NCBI GenBank assembly: GCA_963797555.1
Contig: CAWCPV010000009.1
Span: 128,001 to 192,000, forward strand
Source of the DNA: an uncultured Gammaproteobacteria bacterium
GTDB taxonomy: Bacteria; Pseudomonadota; Gammaproteobacteria; CAWCPV01
DNA length: 64,000 nucleotides
Reading direction: 5' to 3'
In this document: piece by piece, positions 32,095 to 41,783 of the stretch
Numbering within the stretch: position 1 is the stretch's first letter
Layout: the number at the start of each line of letters is the position of its first letter
Notes under the pieces: model-generated
Databases searched by the model: none
Told to the model about the DNA's origin: nothing
Seen by the model: only the letters and a program-made list of their open reading frames with translations
Translations under genes and position numbers: made by a program

Positions 32095-32622
32095 GTGGCG
32101 CTGAACGGCGCGTCGCTCCCTCAGCAGGCGAACCGCACCGACTTCGATGCGGCGGGCAGCGGCTGGATCAATGCTGGCCGTAACCTGGTGCTGGCAAAAT
32201 CGCCGACGATGCCGGTGGCGACGGCCAAGTCGTTCACCTTTAGCTTACAGCCGGTCACCAGCACGACGTCGGTGAACTTCGTCTGCGACAACGGCGTGAC
32301 CGCGCCAGGAGACAGCGTCTACGTGGTCGGCAGCATCGACAAGCTCGGCAACTGGGACCCCGCGAAGGCCGTCAAGCTCGATCCGAACATCTACTGGGAG
32401 TATATCTACAATCCGCCTCCGGGACCGAGCGGTCCCGGCCCGTCGGCACCGGTCTGGACTGGGGTCATTGCCGATCTCCCGCCGAACCCCAGTTTCGAAT
32501 GGAAATGTATCCGCCGCGCGGAGGACGCGGCGGGCGCTCCACTCTGGCAGCCCGGGGCGAACAACGTGTTCAGTGCCTCGGTCAAGTCGGGTTACGCCGG
32601 GCGCACGTACGGCAAGTTCTAG
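32095..32622 (+). pseudogene. C-terminal fragment of an amylase-like protein with CBM20 starch-binding domain
   Basis: FVCDNGVTAPGDSVYVVGSIDKLGNWDP, FEWKCIRR and WQPGANN motifs; no catalytic domain upstream. Confidence 0.75.
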
Positions 32623-32629
32623 CGAGACA

Positions 32630-33692
32630 CGCGGTGTTGGACGGTGCCGGCCAGCCGGTGTGCTGCGAGCTGTGGTCAGGCAACACCTGCGATGTCACTT
32701 CTCTGGTGCCCATCGTGGAGCGGCTGCGCACGCGCTTTGCTGTCGGGGAGCTGTGCGTGGTAGCCGACCGCGGCATGATCAGCCAGCCCACGCTCGGGGA
32801 TCTCGAAGCGCAGGGCTGGCGCTACATCCTGGGGGCGCGCATGCGCCGGCACAAGGAGGTGCGCGAGGAGGTCCTGGCCCGAGCCGGCCGCTATCACGTG
32901 GTCCATCCACCCGGTGCCCACGCCAAGGACCCTGCCCCCCTGCGGGTCAAGGAGGTCAACGTCGAGGGCCGCCGCTATGTGGTCTGCCTCAACGAGGCCC
33001 AGAAGCGCAAGGACGAGGCGGACCGTGCGGTCATCCTGGCGGCGTTGCGCGAGAAGCTCAAGCAGGGCGACAAGGCGCTCATCGGCAACCGTGGCTTTCG
33101 CAAGTACCTCGCAGGCCAGGGCGAGCGCTTCGTCATCGACGAGCAGGCGGTGCGCCGTGAAGCGCGTTACGACGGCAAGTGGGTGCTGCGCACCAACACC
33201 GACCTCAGCGCCGCCGAGGCGGCGCTGAAGTACAAGCAGTTGTGGATGGTGGAGGAGCTGTTTCGCGAAGCCAAGTCGCTGCTCGCCACCCGGCCCATCT
33301 TCCACCGCTGCGATGAGACCATCCGCGGTCACGTGTTCTGCTCGTTCCTGGCGCTCATCTTGCGCAAGGATCTCCAGGCGCGTCTGGAAGCCCGTGGCGA
33401 GTCCTTGGAGTGGGACGACATCGTGCGCGATCTCGATGCCCTCACCGAGACCGAGGTCTTGCACGAAGGCAAGCGTTTTCGCCTGCGGGCTGAAGCCCAG
33501 GGCACCTGCGGCAAGGTCTTCCAAGCCGTCGGCGTGGCCCTGCCGCCGACGGTGCGCCGCTTGGATGGCACCGCTCTGGCCTGAACCACCTATCCCCTCT
33601 CGGTCAGCGGCGTCCTGGTGCCACGCCCGCTCGCGACCGCCGCAAGTCATTGTCTGAACAGGGATCTGCTTCAGGGACTGTTGAAGATCAGT
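32630..33692 (+). mobile_element. IS1634-family transposase, 5'-truncated, with right end
   Basis: GNTCDV, VVADRGM, YDGKWVLRTN, YKQLWMVE, RPIFH and HVFCSFLAL motifs; ORF ends at 33584. Confidence 0.85.
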
Positions 33693-33931
33693 CTTGCTGA
33701 CCCGAGCCTTGACCGCCTTGACCCCTGACCGTCCGAGGACTACCGTTGCTGGGGTGGGGGCCGTTGAAACTACTATCCGTCGATGATCAGGACGCTGAAG
33801 GTTTTTCTCAAGAACGTGTCGCTTTTCTCGGGCTCGACGAAGCCTGGGCCAGAAGGAATTCGTGACGATGGCGGCAGGCGCTTCGGGTGGGCTGGTGATC
33901 GCGTATCAAATCGGATACGGCCCTGGCGGCC

Positions 33932-34167
33932 TTCGGGGTTGGACCGCTACAGAGCGTGGGTGGAGTCGGCCTGGCGACGATCTACGGCGCGGGGAGCCTG
34001 CTCTCGGCCACCATGTTGGCGATGACGTACGTGCTCGTGCAACGGAAGTCCGTCGGTGCAGAGGCGAAGGGATAGTGTGCGGCAAAGTGAGGCTGCTGAG
34101 AGCCCGTGACTGAATTTGCTGCGCGTCTCGACTACGCGGCGAAGAGCCTGCAATCGATTCCCCGGCC
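33932..34167 (+). repeat. 236-bp direct repeat, copy 1 (3' end of an MFS-like membrane gene plus a MITE-end remnant)
   Basis: Identical by eye to 40427-40662. Confidence 0.92.
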
Positions 34168-34228
34168 CTTGGCTGATGATCGTGGGTCTGTGGCTTGCGT
34201 CAGCGGTGCAGAGCGCGCAAGAGGAGTC

Positions 34229-34490
34229 TATGCACATGCCGGACCCGCGCACTCAAGACGCCACCGCGCTCATGCTGGCTTTCGCGGAGCGTACCGGGCT
34301 CGTCTCCGAACGCCCTCCGCGGCGCTACCTGTGGACGGACGCCTTTGCGGTATGCAACTTCCTCGGCCTGGCGCGTCTGACCGGGGAGCAACGGTACACG
34401 GAGCTCGCTCTGCGGCTGGTCGATCAAGTGCATCACACGCTGGGACGGCATCGGGAAGACGATCCGCGTACCGGCCTGGATCAGCGGGCT
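34229..34490 (+). pseudogene. N-terminal fragment of a conserved hypothetical protein (RYLWTDAF motif)
   Basis: GAGGAG RBS; FAERTGL..RRYLWTDAFAVCNFLGL..LVDQVHHTLGRHR; similarity is lost after ~34490. Confidence 0.6.
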
Positions 34491-35598
34491 GAGCCCGCTT
34501 GGGCTTCGCTGGTAGCCCCCGGAGGCTTGAGCGTAAGCCTACGTGAGCAGGCGGATATGCTAACATTTTGGAAGAAGCGGCCATCATGCTGTGGATGGTC
34601 TGGGAGAACGCGGGGGCAGTGTCATGAGGAAGCTGATATGGGCCATAGCCGCCAAAAATGAACCTCTTCTCGAAGTTTACCAGAGGGACTTTAACGGTTC
34701 TTACCGGAATCGTGTGGGTAGATATGCTTACGCTGCGGCAGCCTCTGCCTGAGGTCTGACACAAGATCGTGTGTTGAACGGCGAGGCCGGCAAGTGGGCC
34801 AGGTTGCCCGCGATGAGGTAGGCGATGGTGATGAGCGAGTGCGTGGTGCGGTAGCCCCGGGCGCGGGCTTTGGCGGCCTGGATGAGGGAGTTGATGCCCT
34901 CGGCGCGGCCGTTGGTGAGGCCGGAGTCGAACGCGGCGAGCACACCGTCCCAGTGGTCTTTCAGAGTAGCAGCGAGGTGTTTCATGGGTTGCAGGCGGCT
35001 ACGCCGTGCCCAGCTATACCAGCGCGTGAGCGCGGTCTCGGCCTGCTCGAGGGTGCTGGCCGTGGCGTAGATATCGCGCAGCGCCTCCTTGAGGCGCCAG
35101 GGGGCGCGGGAGAGCCAGTGAAAGTCGGTGAGCTGCTCCCAGGTCCAGTCGTGGGCGTCTTTGAGCCAGGTCCAGCGGGTGCCCCTGAGGGCGGGCTCGG
35201 TCTTGACCTCCTCGCGGCGCACTGTATCGACGGCCTGGTTGGCGAGCTGGATGACATGGAAGGCATCGAAGCTCACCGTGGCTTTAGGCAGATGCTTGGT
35301 CACCCCGGCGAGATAAGCGGCGGACAGGTCGATGCACACCTGCTCGATGGCCTGCGGGTCGCCCCCGTGCGCCTGGAGGTCGGCGGCAAAGGCCGCCACG
35401 GTGCTCCGGTCGCGGCCCTCGCAGGCGAACAGCAGGCGTTTGCCCGTGAGGTCATGGAACAGGCTGATGTAGTGCTGCCCACGCCGGGCGGCGGTCTCGT
35501 CCAGGCCCACGGCGCGCACCGGGGTGTCTGACGTCAATTACTCTGTCCGGTTGACGACAACTAGAATGGCCGCTCTGTAGTGTAGGCGGTAGTTGTCG

Positions 35599-36363
35599 TC
35601 AGCTCTTGTTCGATACCTCCTGGTTGCGGGTTGCTTGGCGCTTTCGGTAGCTCTGCCCGTTGAGCTCGATGATGTGGGCATGGTGGACGAGCCGGTCGAT
35701 GGCGGCGACGGCCATCATGTTGTCGGGGAAGATTGCATCCCACTCGCTGAAGGGGTGGTTGCTGGTGATCAGGAGACTGCCGCTCTCGTAGCGGTGGGCG
35801 ATGAGCTCGAAGAGCACGGAGCTTTCCATCTCGGTGCGCTTGACGTAGCCGATGTCATCGAGGACGAGCAGCGGGTACTTGTCGAGCTTGGCGAGCGCAT
35901 CGCTGAGCCTGAGGGCCTGTTTGGCGGTTTGAAGCTCCTGGACGAGGCTGGTTGCCGAGGCGAAACGCACCCGCACCCCTTGGCTGATGAGCCCGTGCCC
36001 AATGGCTGCGGCGAGATGGGTTTTGCCGACGCCGGAGGGCCCGAAGAGCAGGAGGTTGTCGGTGCGCTCGACCCAGGTGGCATCCTCGGCGAGCTGCACG
36101 ATCTGCTGGCGGTTCAGCCCGGCGCTGGCCGTGAAGTCGAAGTGCTGGAGCGTCTTGCCCGCGGGCAGGCGGGCATCGTTGAGGTGGCGCTCCAGGCGCC
36201 GCCGCTCGCGTTCGGCGAGCTCGTGCTCGCAGAGCGCGGCGAGATAGTCGGCGAGGCTCCAGTGGTGCTCGAGGGCCCGGGTTTGCAGCGGTTGATACAG
36301 CCGTGCCATGGTCGGCAGGCGCAGCTCCCTGAGCAGCAGGGGCAAGGTGGCGGCGTTAGCCAT
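35599..36363 (-). CDS. istB: IS21 helper ATPase
   Basis: GPSGVGKT, LLVLDDIGY, ITSN, DRLVHH and SYR motifs. Confidence 0.95.
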   Translation of the reverse strand: MANAATLPLLLRELRLPTMARLYQPLQTRALEHHWSLADYLAALCEHELAERERRRLERHLNDARLPAGKTLQHFDFTASAGLNRQQIVQLAEDATWVERTDNLLLFGPSGVGKTHLAAAIGHGLISQGVRVRFASATSLVQELQTAKQALRLSDALAKLDKYPLLVLDDIGYVKRTEMESSVLFELIAHRYESGSLLITSNHPFSEWDAIFPDNMMAVAAIDRLVHHAHIIELNGQSYRKRQATRNQEVSNKS

Positions 36364-37885
36364 GGCACACCTCCTCGGCGGCACTGCGGTGGGTGGCGGG
36401 CAGGAGCGCGTCATAGTCGGCCAGCGGGTGCTGAGCAGTGGCGCCGAGAGGGAGCGTCGCGGGGGCTGGCGGTGCGAAGCGTTGTTGCAGGGCGCTGAGC
36501 GTGGGCGATAGGCCTCGCTCCAGGGCGGCCAGCCAGTGGGTCCCCAGGGCCTCCTGGCACTCGTGCTCGGCGGCGAGCTTGAGTGCGCCGACCATGCGCT
36601 TGCAGGCGTCGGCGGGCGCAAGGGTAGCGTCCAGATGCTGCCAGATACGCTGATAGGTGGCATCCGGAAGCAGGGCGTCGCGGTACTGGAGCCGATAGAA
36701 GGCGCGGGGCTTCTTCACCAGCCATCCCACGAGATGGCGATAGTCGATGCGGCTCGCCCGGCGCTTGCCCGGGGCCGGGTAGACCCGCGGGAGGATGAGC
36801 AGGGCCTCGGTGCCGAGGAACAGCTCCAGGCGGGCGTCATAGAGGTGCACCCGCAGGCGCTCGCCGATGAGCCGCGCGGGGACCGAGTAGACCACCAAGC
36901 GCACGGTGATGGTGCTGGCGGTGGTGACCTTCACCCACAGCTCGGTGTAGTCGGCCGCGAAGGTCACCGGCAGGGGCCGCAGATGGGGGCGCTCGGCCTC
37001 GATGGCGGTGGCGTTACGCCGGTTGACGGCGGCGGTGACGGTGTCGAGAAAGTCCTGGTAGGACGCCACCGAGGGGAACTCGGCACTGCCCCGGGCCAGA
37101 AGGCGCTGCACGATACGGCGCTTCAAATGCCCGTGGGGTGACTCGATGCTGCCGTTCTCGTGGCAGGCCCCGGGGTTGTTGCGCGTCGGCCTCATCCCAT
37201 AATGGGCGCAGAGCGCCGCGTAGCGCGCCGCAAGGTCGTGCTGGGCCTCAGCCGAGAGGTTCTTGAACGCCGCCGAGAGGCTGTCAGTGCGGTGCTCGGC
37301 CGGTGCACCGCCCAGGCGCAGCAGCGCCTGGCTGAGCCCCTCGGCGAGCGCCGTGAAGCTCTCCCCGCCCAGCACCACCCGCACCGTGCACCAGCCGCTG
37401 TAGGCCAGGCGGAAATGGTAGAGGCGGTGGGCGAGCGGCTCGCCGGCGATGGTGACGGTGACGTCCTTGAGCACGGTGAAATCCGACAAACCCCGCAGTC
37501 CCGGGACCTGCTGCTGTGGGAACATCACCTCCTTCTCGGGTCCATGCGCCGCCCGCCAGGCCTTCACCCGGCGCTGCAAGGTGCGCAATAGCTTGTCCGG
37601 GTACTGGCCCGGATGGCGCTCCTGGAGCCCTTCCAAGAGCGTCAGCGCGTGCAGTGCCGGGGTGTGCTCAAGCAGTGGGACCAGCTCGCTGTCCCACACG
37701 GTGTCAAAGGGGTCGCGGCGCGTTCGATACCGCCGCGCGCCCCGCGGTGCTCGACGCTCGTCCCGCTCGTCAAGACGGCGCGCCGTGCGCTCCGAGAAAC
37801 CCGCCTTGGCGGCGGCGGTTACTTGGTTCTTACCTGCGGTTCTCTGTGACATATAGACCTTGACCTGTTGCGGTGTGACGGCCAT
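36356..37885 (-). CDS. istA: IS21 transposase
   Basis: RTRRDPF, RTLQRR, SDFT, HRTDSLSAAF, HENGSIE and YSVP motifs. Confidence 0.95.
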   Translation of the reverse strand: MAVTPQQVKVYMSQRTAGKNQVTAAAKAGFSERTARRLDERDERRAPRGARRYRTRRDPFDTVWDSELVPLLEHTPALHALTLLEGLQERHPGQYPDKLLRTLQRRVKAWRAAHGPEKEVMFPQQQVPGLRGLSDFTVLKDVTVTIAGEPLAHRLYHFRLAYSGWCTVRVVLGGESFTALAEGLSQALLRLGGAPAEHRTDSLSAAFKNLSAEAQHDLAARYAALCAHYGMRPTRNNPGACHENGSIESPHGHLKRRIVQRLLARGSAEFPSVASYQDFLDTVTAAVNRRNATAIEAERPHLRPLPVTFAADYTELWVKVTTASTITVRLVVYSVPARLIGERLRVHLYDARLELFLGTEALLILPRVYPAPGKRRASRIDYRHLVGWLVKKPRAFYRLQYRDALLPDATYQRIWQHLDATLAPADACKRMVGALKLAAEHECQEALGTHWLAALERGLSPTLSALQQRFAPPAPATLPLGATAQHPLADYDALLPATHRSAAEEVCHG

Positions 37886-38465
37886 CCCTCCCCCCGAAGC
37901 ATCGGATGTCAGAACGCCGCCAGTGTGGCCGATCAACCGGACAAAGTAGTTGTCGCCAACCGGTCAACGTAATTGTCGCTCTATACCGGGGAGTGGTCCT
38001 CCTGGGCGCGGGCCGCCTCCACGTAGTGCTCGAGCACCCCCCACAGGCGCTCATCGCCCACGCCCAGGTGCCGGGCGACGGTCGCCACCGGCATCGCCTG
38101 GCACAGCGTCACCACCAGTGCCTCCATCAGCGCCGTGAAGCCACTCTGTGCGCGCGCCCACGGCGGCTCGACCTGAGTCGTCTTGCCGCAGCTCTCACAG
38201 CGCACTCGCGGCAGATGCGCGTGCAGGTCTGCCCGTGACTTAAAGAAGCTCAGGTGCTGCCAGCTGCGCTTGCGGGTATCATGCACCGGCTGGCCTGGCG
38301 CTCCGCACGCCGGGCAGGCGAAGCGGCTCCCCTTGGCAAAGGCCACCTCGAGGTCGATGCGCCCAGCCTCGGGGTCAAAGCGTACGCCGGTGACTTCCCA
38401 AGGCGCCGTGAGACCCAGTGCCGTCGTGAATAGATGCGTTGGCTCCATGGCGCTCCCCCCTTGAT

Positions 38466-38580
38466 GGCCTGTGGATTTGTGGACGAGTCCTGCGGAGCGG
38501 CCCGCGTCCCAAGGACCGTGTGGACAACCTCCCGGTTGCCCACACTCGCGGGCCTCTCGCCCACAACCCCACAGGCCCAA
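38466..38580. repeat. Long hairpin-type repeat in the ISL3 leader
   Basis: GGCCTGTGGATTTGTGG...CCACAACCCCACAGGCC terminal inverted repeat with internal stems. Confidence 0.6.
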
Positions 38581-38669
38581 CCACAAGATGTTGTGATAGA
38601 CGATTGCTCAGAACGGATGCTACTCGACCACCACGATCCACACAATTACCGAAAGAGCCACTTTAACCC

Positions 38670-40322
38670 GTAGGTTTCTACCTTAGAAAAAGTATTAGTG
38701 TCGGCCCGTTGCGCTTCAATCTATCGAAATCCGGTATCGGCGTTTCTGCCGGTGTAAAGGGTTTACGCTTTGGTGTTGGGCCACGCGGCAACTACGTTCA
38801 TATGGGGCGGCGAGGGTTATACTACCGTGCAACTCTACCGGCGTCGTCCCGTTCTTCCGTCGCATCTGGCCGGCCCCCGCAGCCCGTCGCTCCGCAAGTA
38901 CCGGCAAATACACATGCGCCGCTTGAAGAGATTGAATCCGCCAACGTTCTACAAATTGTCGATTCGTCTTCGCGCGAACTCTTAAACGAACTGAACCAAA
39001 AACAAGGGAAGGTTCGCCTGTGGCCTATCGTAGTCGTCGTGTCCGGCATTGTTCTCGTTGTGGGGGTTGCTTCCAGTTGGCCTGCTTGGCTATTGGCGCT
39101 ACTTATTCTGGGTGGTTTCGCTGGAACGTACATTGCCCGCACCCGTGATGCTCTGGTAAAAACAGTAGTGTTGTTCTATGACTTCGACTCCGAAATGGAG
39201 AGTGCCTACGGCCACCTGCATCGCGCAGCAAGCGAACTCGCAAGTTGTGCAGCGATATGGCACATTGAGGCATCCGGGAAAGTCTATGACCGAAAGTATC
39301 ACGCTGGTGCCAGCAACCTTGTTCGTAGAAAGAATACGTTCATCCGGAAAGCTGAGCCACCGTACCTCAAAACGAACATCGAAACCGTCGCAATCGGTGT
39401 GGGTCGACAGGCGCTACATTTCTTCCCAGATCGCGTTCTTGTTTATGACAAAAACGGCGTTGGAGCGGTCGGTTACCAGGACCTTCGTATTGGCATTGGT
39501 ACCACGCGGTTCGTCGAAGGCGAAGCGGTTCCGAGGGATGCCAAGGTTGTCGATAGGACATGGAAATACGTTAACAAGTCTGGTGGGCCTGACCGCAGAT
39601 TCAAAGATAACAGAGAACTTCCTGTGTGTCTTTACGAAGAGATCACATTGTCGAGCCAAACGGGGCTGAATGAACTCCTGCAAGTGTCTCGCTGCGGATT
39701 CGGAAGCGCCTTCGGAGACGCTATTGCTCTCCTTGGAGAGAAAATGCCGAAAGAAAGTGGTGCTATGGCTATCTCCAAAGACAAGTCAAGTGCCCACGAG
39801 AAAGCGCGAAACTATGTGTTTCACACTGTTTTAAAAGATGAGGAGTCGCAAAACATTCGGGGAGATATTGGCGCAAAGTCTGGCCCTTCTGAAGAGCGCG
39901 GAGAAAAAGCTACAGAGAGTGGCCCACCTGGCGAGCACTCGCCGGAGGCTGCTGCCCCCGCCGCAGCACTATACGACCTTGTACTTACCGGACAGATTAT
40001 GCCGGGCGAGGATCTGGAGGCTGTCAAGCAGCGCCTGGCAAAGCTTTTACGGGTAGACACAGCGTGGGTGGAGAACCTGCTCTCGCAAGTGCCTGCCGTA
40101 GTCAAGAAAGACCTGACACCTGAGGACGCTAACAGATATCAGACCGCGCTGGTTAGAAAAACAGGCGCTGTGGCCGTGCTTCGGCCGCACGCGGGGGTGA
40201 GTGACAGCAGGCTGCGGGAGGAAGGTCCTAGTGCCCGCAGACGGCCTAGAAGCCTCGCTGAGAGGAGGAGGAATAGGAGAGACGGGATAGCCCTGGGCAC
40301 GTTCGGCGCTTGTGGGGCTTAG
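38670..40322 (+). CDS. DUF4236-domain membrane protein, lower GC; separated from its RBS by ISL3
   Basis: (V)GFYLRKSISVGPLRFNLSKSGIGVSAG..GLYYR N-terminus, 2 TM segments and WKYVNKSGGPDRRFKDN. Confidence 0.75.
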   Translation, partial: VGFYLRKSISVGPLRFNLSKSGIGVSAGVKGLRFGVGPRGNYVHMGRRGLYYRATLPASSRSSVASGRPPQPVAPQVPANTHAPLEEIESANVLQIVDSSSRELLNELNQKQGKVRLWPIVVVVSGIVLVVGVASSWPAWLLALLILGGFAGTYIARTRDALVKTVVLFYDFDSEMESAYGHLHRAASELASCAAIWHIEASGKVYDRKYHAGASNLVRRKNTFIRKAEPPYLKTNIETVAIGVGRQALHFFPDRVLVYDKNGVGAVGYQDLRIGIGTTRFVEGEAVPRDAKVVDRTWKYVNKSGGPDRRFKDNRELPVCLYEEITLSSQTGLNELLQVSRCGFGSAFGDAIALLGEKMPKESGAMAISKDKSSAHEKARNYVFHTVLKDEESQNIRGDIGAKSGPSEERGEKATESGPPGEHSPEAAAPAAALYDLVLTGQIMPGEDLEAVKQRLAKLLRVDTAWVENLLSQVPAVVKKDLTPEDANRYQTALVRKTGAVAVLRPHAGVSDSRLREEGPSARRRPRSLAERRRNRRDGIALGTFGACGA

Positions 40323-40426
40323 GCGAGAAGTCCAATCCCAAGATCTCTTGTGAGGGTAGCGTGACAGTTAGGGCGCGAACCTACGGCCCGCTGAACGTGT
40401 ATCAGATCGGATACGGGCTGGCCGCG

Positions 40427-40662
40427 TTCGGGGTTGGACCGCTACAGAGCGTGGGTGGAGTCGGCCTGGCGACGATCTACGGCGCGGGGAGCCTGCTCTC
40501 GGCCACCATGTTGGCGATGACGTACGTGCTCGTGCAACGGAAGTCCGTCGGTGCAGAGGCGAAGGGATAGTGTGCGGCAAAGTGAGGCTGCTGAGAGCCC
40601 GTGACTGAATTTGCTGCGCGTCTCGACTACGCGGCGAAGAGCCTGCAATCGATTCCCCGGCC
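40427..40662 (+). repeat. 236-bp direct repeat, copy 2
   Basis: Identical by eye to 33932-34167. Confidence 0.92.
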
Positions 40663-40693
40663 ACCGAACGGGTAACCCAACGAAGGAGGAGAA

Positions 40694-41158
40694 ATGATCG
40701 ACCTTGCCCACATCCACCCTATGTTGGTTCACTTCCCGATCGTGCTGTTTCCGCTCGCGGTTGGTCTGCTATTCGTCGTGCTGGCGCGGGGTGGGGACCT
40801 CACGGCACGGGAGTGCCTGTCGGGAGCGGTCCTGGTCACGCTCCTCCTGGGAGCGCTCTCCGCGGTCGTCGCAGCCATTTTCGGGGACATGGCGCTGGAT
40901 AAGGCGCTCAGTCTCGGCTTCCCCAAGTCGGCCCTGGAGGAGCATGAGGACCTCGGCTTCTCCACCCTGTGGTTCTTCATCGTGCTGTCGGTGATCTACG
41001 GATTTGCCTGGTGGCGACGTTTCTCTTTGCGGCGCGGCAGGGGCTGGGTGATGTTCCTGGCGGGGCTGGCTGGAACCGCTCTCCTCCTGATCACGGCCTA
41101 CCACGGCGGCGACCTGGTCTACCGGTTGGGCGTCAATGTCCTGCCCGTCAAGCCTTGA
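40694..41158 (+). CDS. DUF2231-family membrane protein
   Basis: HPMLVHFPI and AYHGGDLVYRLG motifs; 4 TM segments; good RBS. Confidence 0.85.
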   Translation: MIDLAHIHPMLVHFPIVLFPLAVGLLFVVLARGGDLTARECLSGAVLVTLLLGALSAVVAAIFGDMALDKALSLGFPKSALEEHEDLGFSTLWFFIVLSVIYGFAWWRRFSLRRGRGWVMFLAGLAGTALLLITAYHGGDLVYRLGVNVLPVKP

Positions 41159-41783
41159 GCGAAGCGCCTGGCCTGGCGACCTCCCGCTGTCCGACTAAAG
41201 GGAGGGTGCGGTAAACGCAAGGCGGGACAGGTTTGTTTCTTGGGCCTCCCAAGAGTGTTGGCAGGGTCATGGTGTACGCTGCCACCGAAAGCTGCCAGGC
41301 ACGGAGTTTTTCAGTTTGCCTGGTAAGGTCGCAGGAACGTCGTTGGAAGCGAAAATATTCGCTGGCCAAGACGCGAGCCTCGCAAGGATGCTTGCGACGA
41401 CCTGCAGGAACGGCCCTCGCTGTCCGCGAACCGGTGAGCTTGCGGCAAGACGGGACGCTCACCGCCCCGTCTCCGAACGGCGTGGGGCGGGTACAGCACG
41501 GCACTAGTGGAACCAACCCAAGAGGGCGGGGTCACATGTGGCGTGGCGTTACGCGCGTCGTATTCCGACACGGCGGTGGGCTGAGGCGCAGGGGCCCATC
41601 TCTGCCAAGACCCGATAGAAAGCTATACCTGAGCGCACCGGGAATTCCCCCGTAGCCTGGGAAACGCCAGGCGCGATGCGCGGCCTGCGCTATCCCGGCG
41701 GCACTTGCCGCGTTCCCGATCTCTTGCTCCTGTTCCAACGGTACCCCTACCCGTCTGCGTCAGGCCGAGACCAACTGCCGATC

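Larger units (their letters stand above)
35525..37985 (-). mobile_element. IS21-family element, apparently intact
   Basis: Ends carry repeated CCGGTTG-R-CGACAACTA motifs; 6-bp TSD CCGGGG at 35519-35524 and 37986-37991. Confidence 0.93.
34696..38659 (-). mobile_element. ISL3-family element interrupted by IS21; transposase halves 37986-38448 and 34728-35524
   Basis: TIRs GGTTCTTACCGGAATCGTGTGG / GGCTCTTTCGGTAATTGTGTGG; 8-bp TSD ACTTTAAC; CPAC, GLDET, CIDLS, FDAFHV and EGINSLIQ..KARARGY motifs. Confidence 0.93.
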
